This document shows positions 62,126 through 64,000 of a DNA stretch of 64,000 nucleotides, piece after piece (position 1 is the first letter of the stretch; every line of letters starts with the position of its first letter). Source of the stretch: Mobula hypostoma (Eukaryota); NCBI RefSeq assembly GCF_963921235.1, contig NC_086097.1, forward strand, positions 121,894,001 to 121,958,000, read 5' to 3'. Under the pieces are notes generated by a model. That model did no database searches, was not told the origin of the DNA, and saw nothing but the letters and a program-made list of their open reading frames with translations. The translations under genes and the position numbers were made by a program.

Positions 62126-64000
62126 TGTAAGTAATATCACAGCATGATGGCATGACTATAACAGTTTAGGCTTAAATTGTTGAGTGCATTTCTGTTCTCT
62201 GCATGTATTTAATATTTCAATAATGTTTAAGTAATATTGTGAATATATTGTTTGATTAAGCATTCTTTGAAGTTTACATAATTCATTAAGGGTTATATGT
62301 AAAAGTATGTGAATGGCATGCGTCATTATGCTACTGCATTATTCGCGTGCACCTTCCTAAAGTAAAGAACGAAGAAGACACACTTATCCCTGGGCTCGCA
62401 TGTATTTCTTTTGATCAGTTTCCTGAGTTGCAGAAGCATAAACAACAGCAACAATTAAGTCTCAAATGAACCCAGTATGACTACCTACCTGTGGTAATGC
62501 AGCACATTTATTTCATCAAAAGGGGGAGAGAGAGACGTTTATGTTTAAAAAAAAAAGTGTAACACATCTTTTATTTTGGAAGGAGGATAAAGATGGTTTA
62601 GTTTAAAAAAAAAGACAGAAAAAACATGAAATTCACAGGTTCATAAAGAATAAGTACTGGATGATAATAACATTTTTTTTAAAAAAAATAGGTATGTGTG
62701 TCTACATTGGAAATATAGATACATTCAATTGCACAACACATAATTGAGCAAACTAAGCAATATTTTGAAAATATGGCCAATGCAAAGTGAGTGCTAGTTT
62801 TTCTGAGGGTAACAGCTGGAAAAGCATACAATTTGCTTAGAAGTTTGACTGCCCCAACCCAGCCTTTGTGCTTTGTTGATATCAAGAAGGCAATGTAGGA
62901 ACACTTTGAACAAAAACCATTGTTGATTGCAGAATGCTTTAGGTTTCATAAGTGGCATCAAAAGTAAGAGGAGTCCATTTCAGTGTACATGGCTGAATTG
63001 TAGACAATTCTGAATTGTAGAATCGTCTGAGCTATGTCAGCTTAGTGATGGGCTTGGTGATGCAGAGAGATTAAGTTTGTGGAATACAAAAAAAATTCAA
63101 AAACAGCTGGAGAACATCTTATATTTATAAGAGCAGTTGAAATCACTGTATCAAAGGAAACAGCAGCCAGAGTCACAAAGGAGTTGCAGTCAAGAATAAA
63201 AATGAGCATGAACAAAATGACTGTATTAAATAGAACACTGCCTGGTAAAACAAATTGTGTTACCATTATGGCAGGGGCTTACATACACCAGAATAATAGA
63301 GATTTAAAGGCAAAACTTGCAAAAAAAGCAACAAAGTAGGACACATACAAAGAGTGTGTGGGGTAGACAAAAATAAATGGACTGCACAGAGAAGTGAAAA
63401 AGATAAGACGTCAAGTTACAGTTTCAAAAAGAGCACTCAAGCATATCAAGGGTAAAATAGCGATTAATAAAAATGCCACATCCAAGTTTTGCAAAACTCA
63501 TCCGGTTCCTTGTAGCAGCCATGATAAAATAGCCTATAGGGAGGCTGAAGGAATTCTTTCCAAAGTTGAGTGAAGCCATGGCAACATCAGTGCTCCCAGT
63601 AGCCCAGAAGATAGGTTCTCATTAATCTCCATTGATCTTAAGGTCAGCATCAACCTAGTACTGAAAGAACACACTACGAGCAATATCAGCAGAACACACT
63701 AAACTAACCCTGAACAAGAAGATTGCTACTTTTCTTGTATATCGCAAAAAGACGACAACCAATGACCCATCAGCTACACTGTTCTTGGGTTGTCCCTTGC
63801 ACTCAGGCTTGGATCTGCTCAAACCCAGTCTCAGAAGGAGTATGCAAGGCAAACATCTGAGACAAATTGAGGCCTCCTCGAACAAGGAGGTTTGATGTTT
63901 CATTCCTGGAGAAGCAGTCCTGGTGAGGGATGAGAGGTGATCAAAAGTGGGCACTTGGAAAGATTAGGGACAGAACTGGACCACTTTTCTACACAGTGGA
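62126..64000 (+). mobile_element. Internally deleted Gypsy element, same family as 13430-18710; runs off the window
   Basis: 62385-62490 is homologous to the reverse complement of 18600-18710; gag remnant 62695-63440, RT shard 63450-63660, integrase C-terminus 63665-64000. Left boundary approximate. Confidence 0.8.

Noticed and set aside
1..64000. CRISPR arrays, operons or other prokaryotic systems
   Set aside because: No regularly spaced direct repeats or dense gene packing; the sequence is vertebrate intron.

Overview
Eukaryotic (vertebrate) intronic DNA. The repeat content (abundant CR1, Rex/Babar, Neptune-type Penelope, V-SINE/CORE-SINE, Tc1 and Tigger MITEs) suggests a cartilaginous fish, probably a ray; the taxon is an inference. 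The window lies inside a DOK6-like gene on the minus strand. Two coding exons are visible: 45196-45334 (139 bp, end of the PTB domain) and 11022-11136 (115 bp, ending in a non-canonical GC splice donor). Almost everything else is decayed and nested transposable elements: a full-length L1-clade element with TSD, a two-LTR Gypsy element with a perfect tRNA-Leu primer-binding site, two copies of a second Gypsy family, a solo LTR, a near full-length CR1, and Tigger and Tc1 derivatives. The most notable signal is a set of Penelope-borne minimal type-I hammerhead ribozyme motifs. Two are intact (6447-6482 and 12505-12540), lie on the sense strand of the DOK6 pre-mRNA and flank the GC-donor exon. Their palindromic helix III (ACGU) suggests they need a partner, so they could pair in cis as a double hammerhead. 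Other findings include a twin-primed, internally deleted L1 inserted into L1 ORF1, arm-exchanged 230-bp hairpins in Tigger derivatives, and a local inverted duplication in a CR1. Most repeat boundaries without a stated TSD are approximate.
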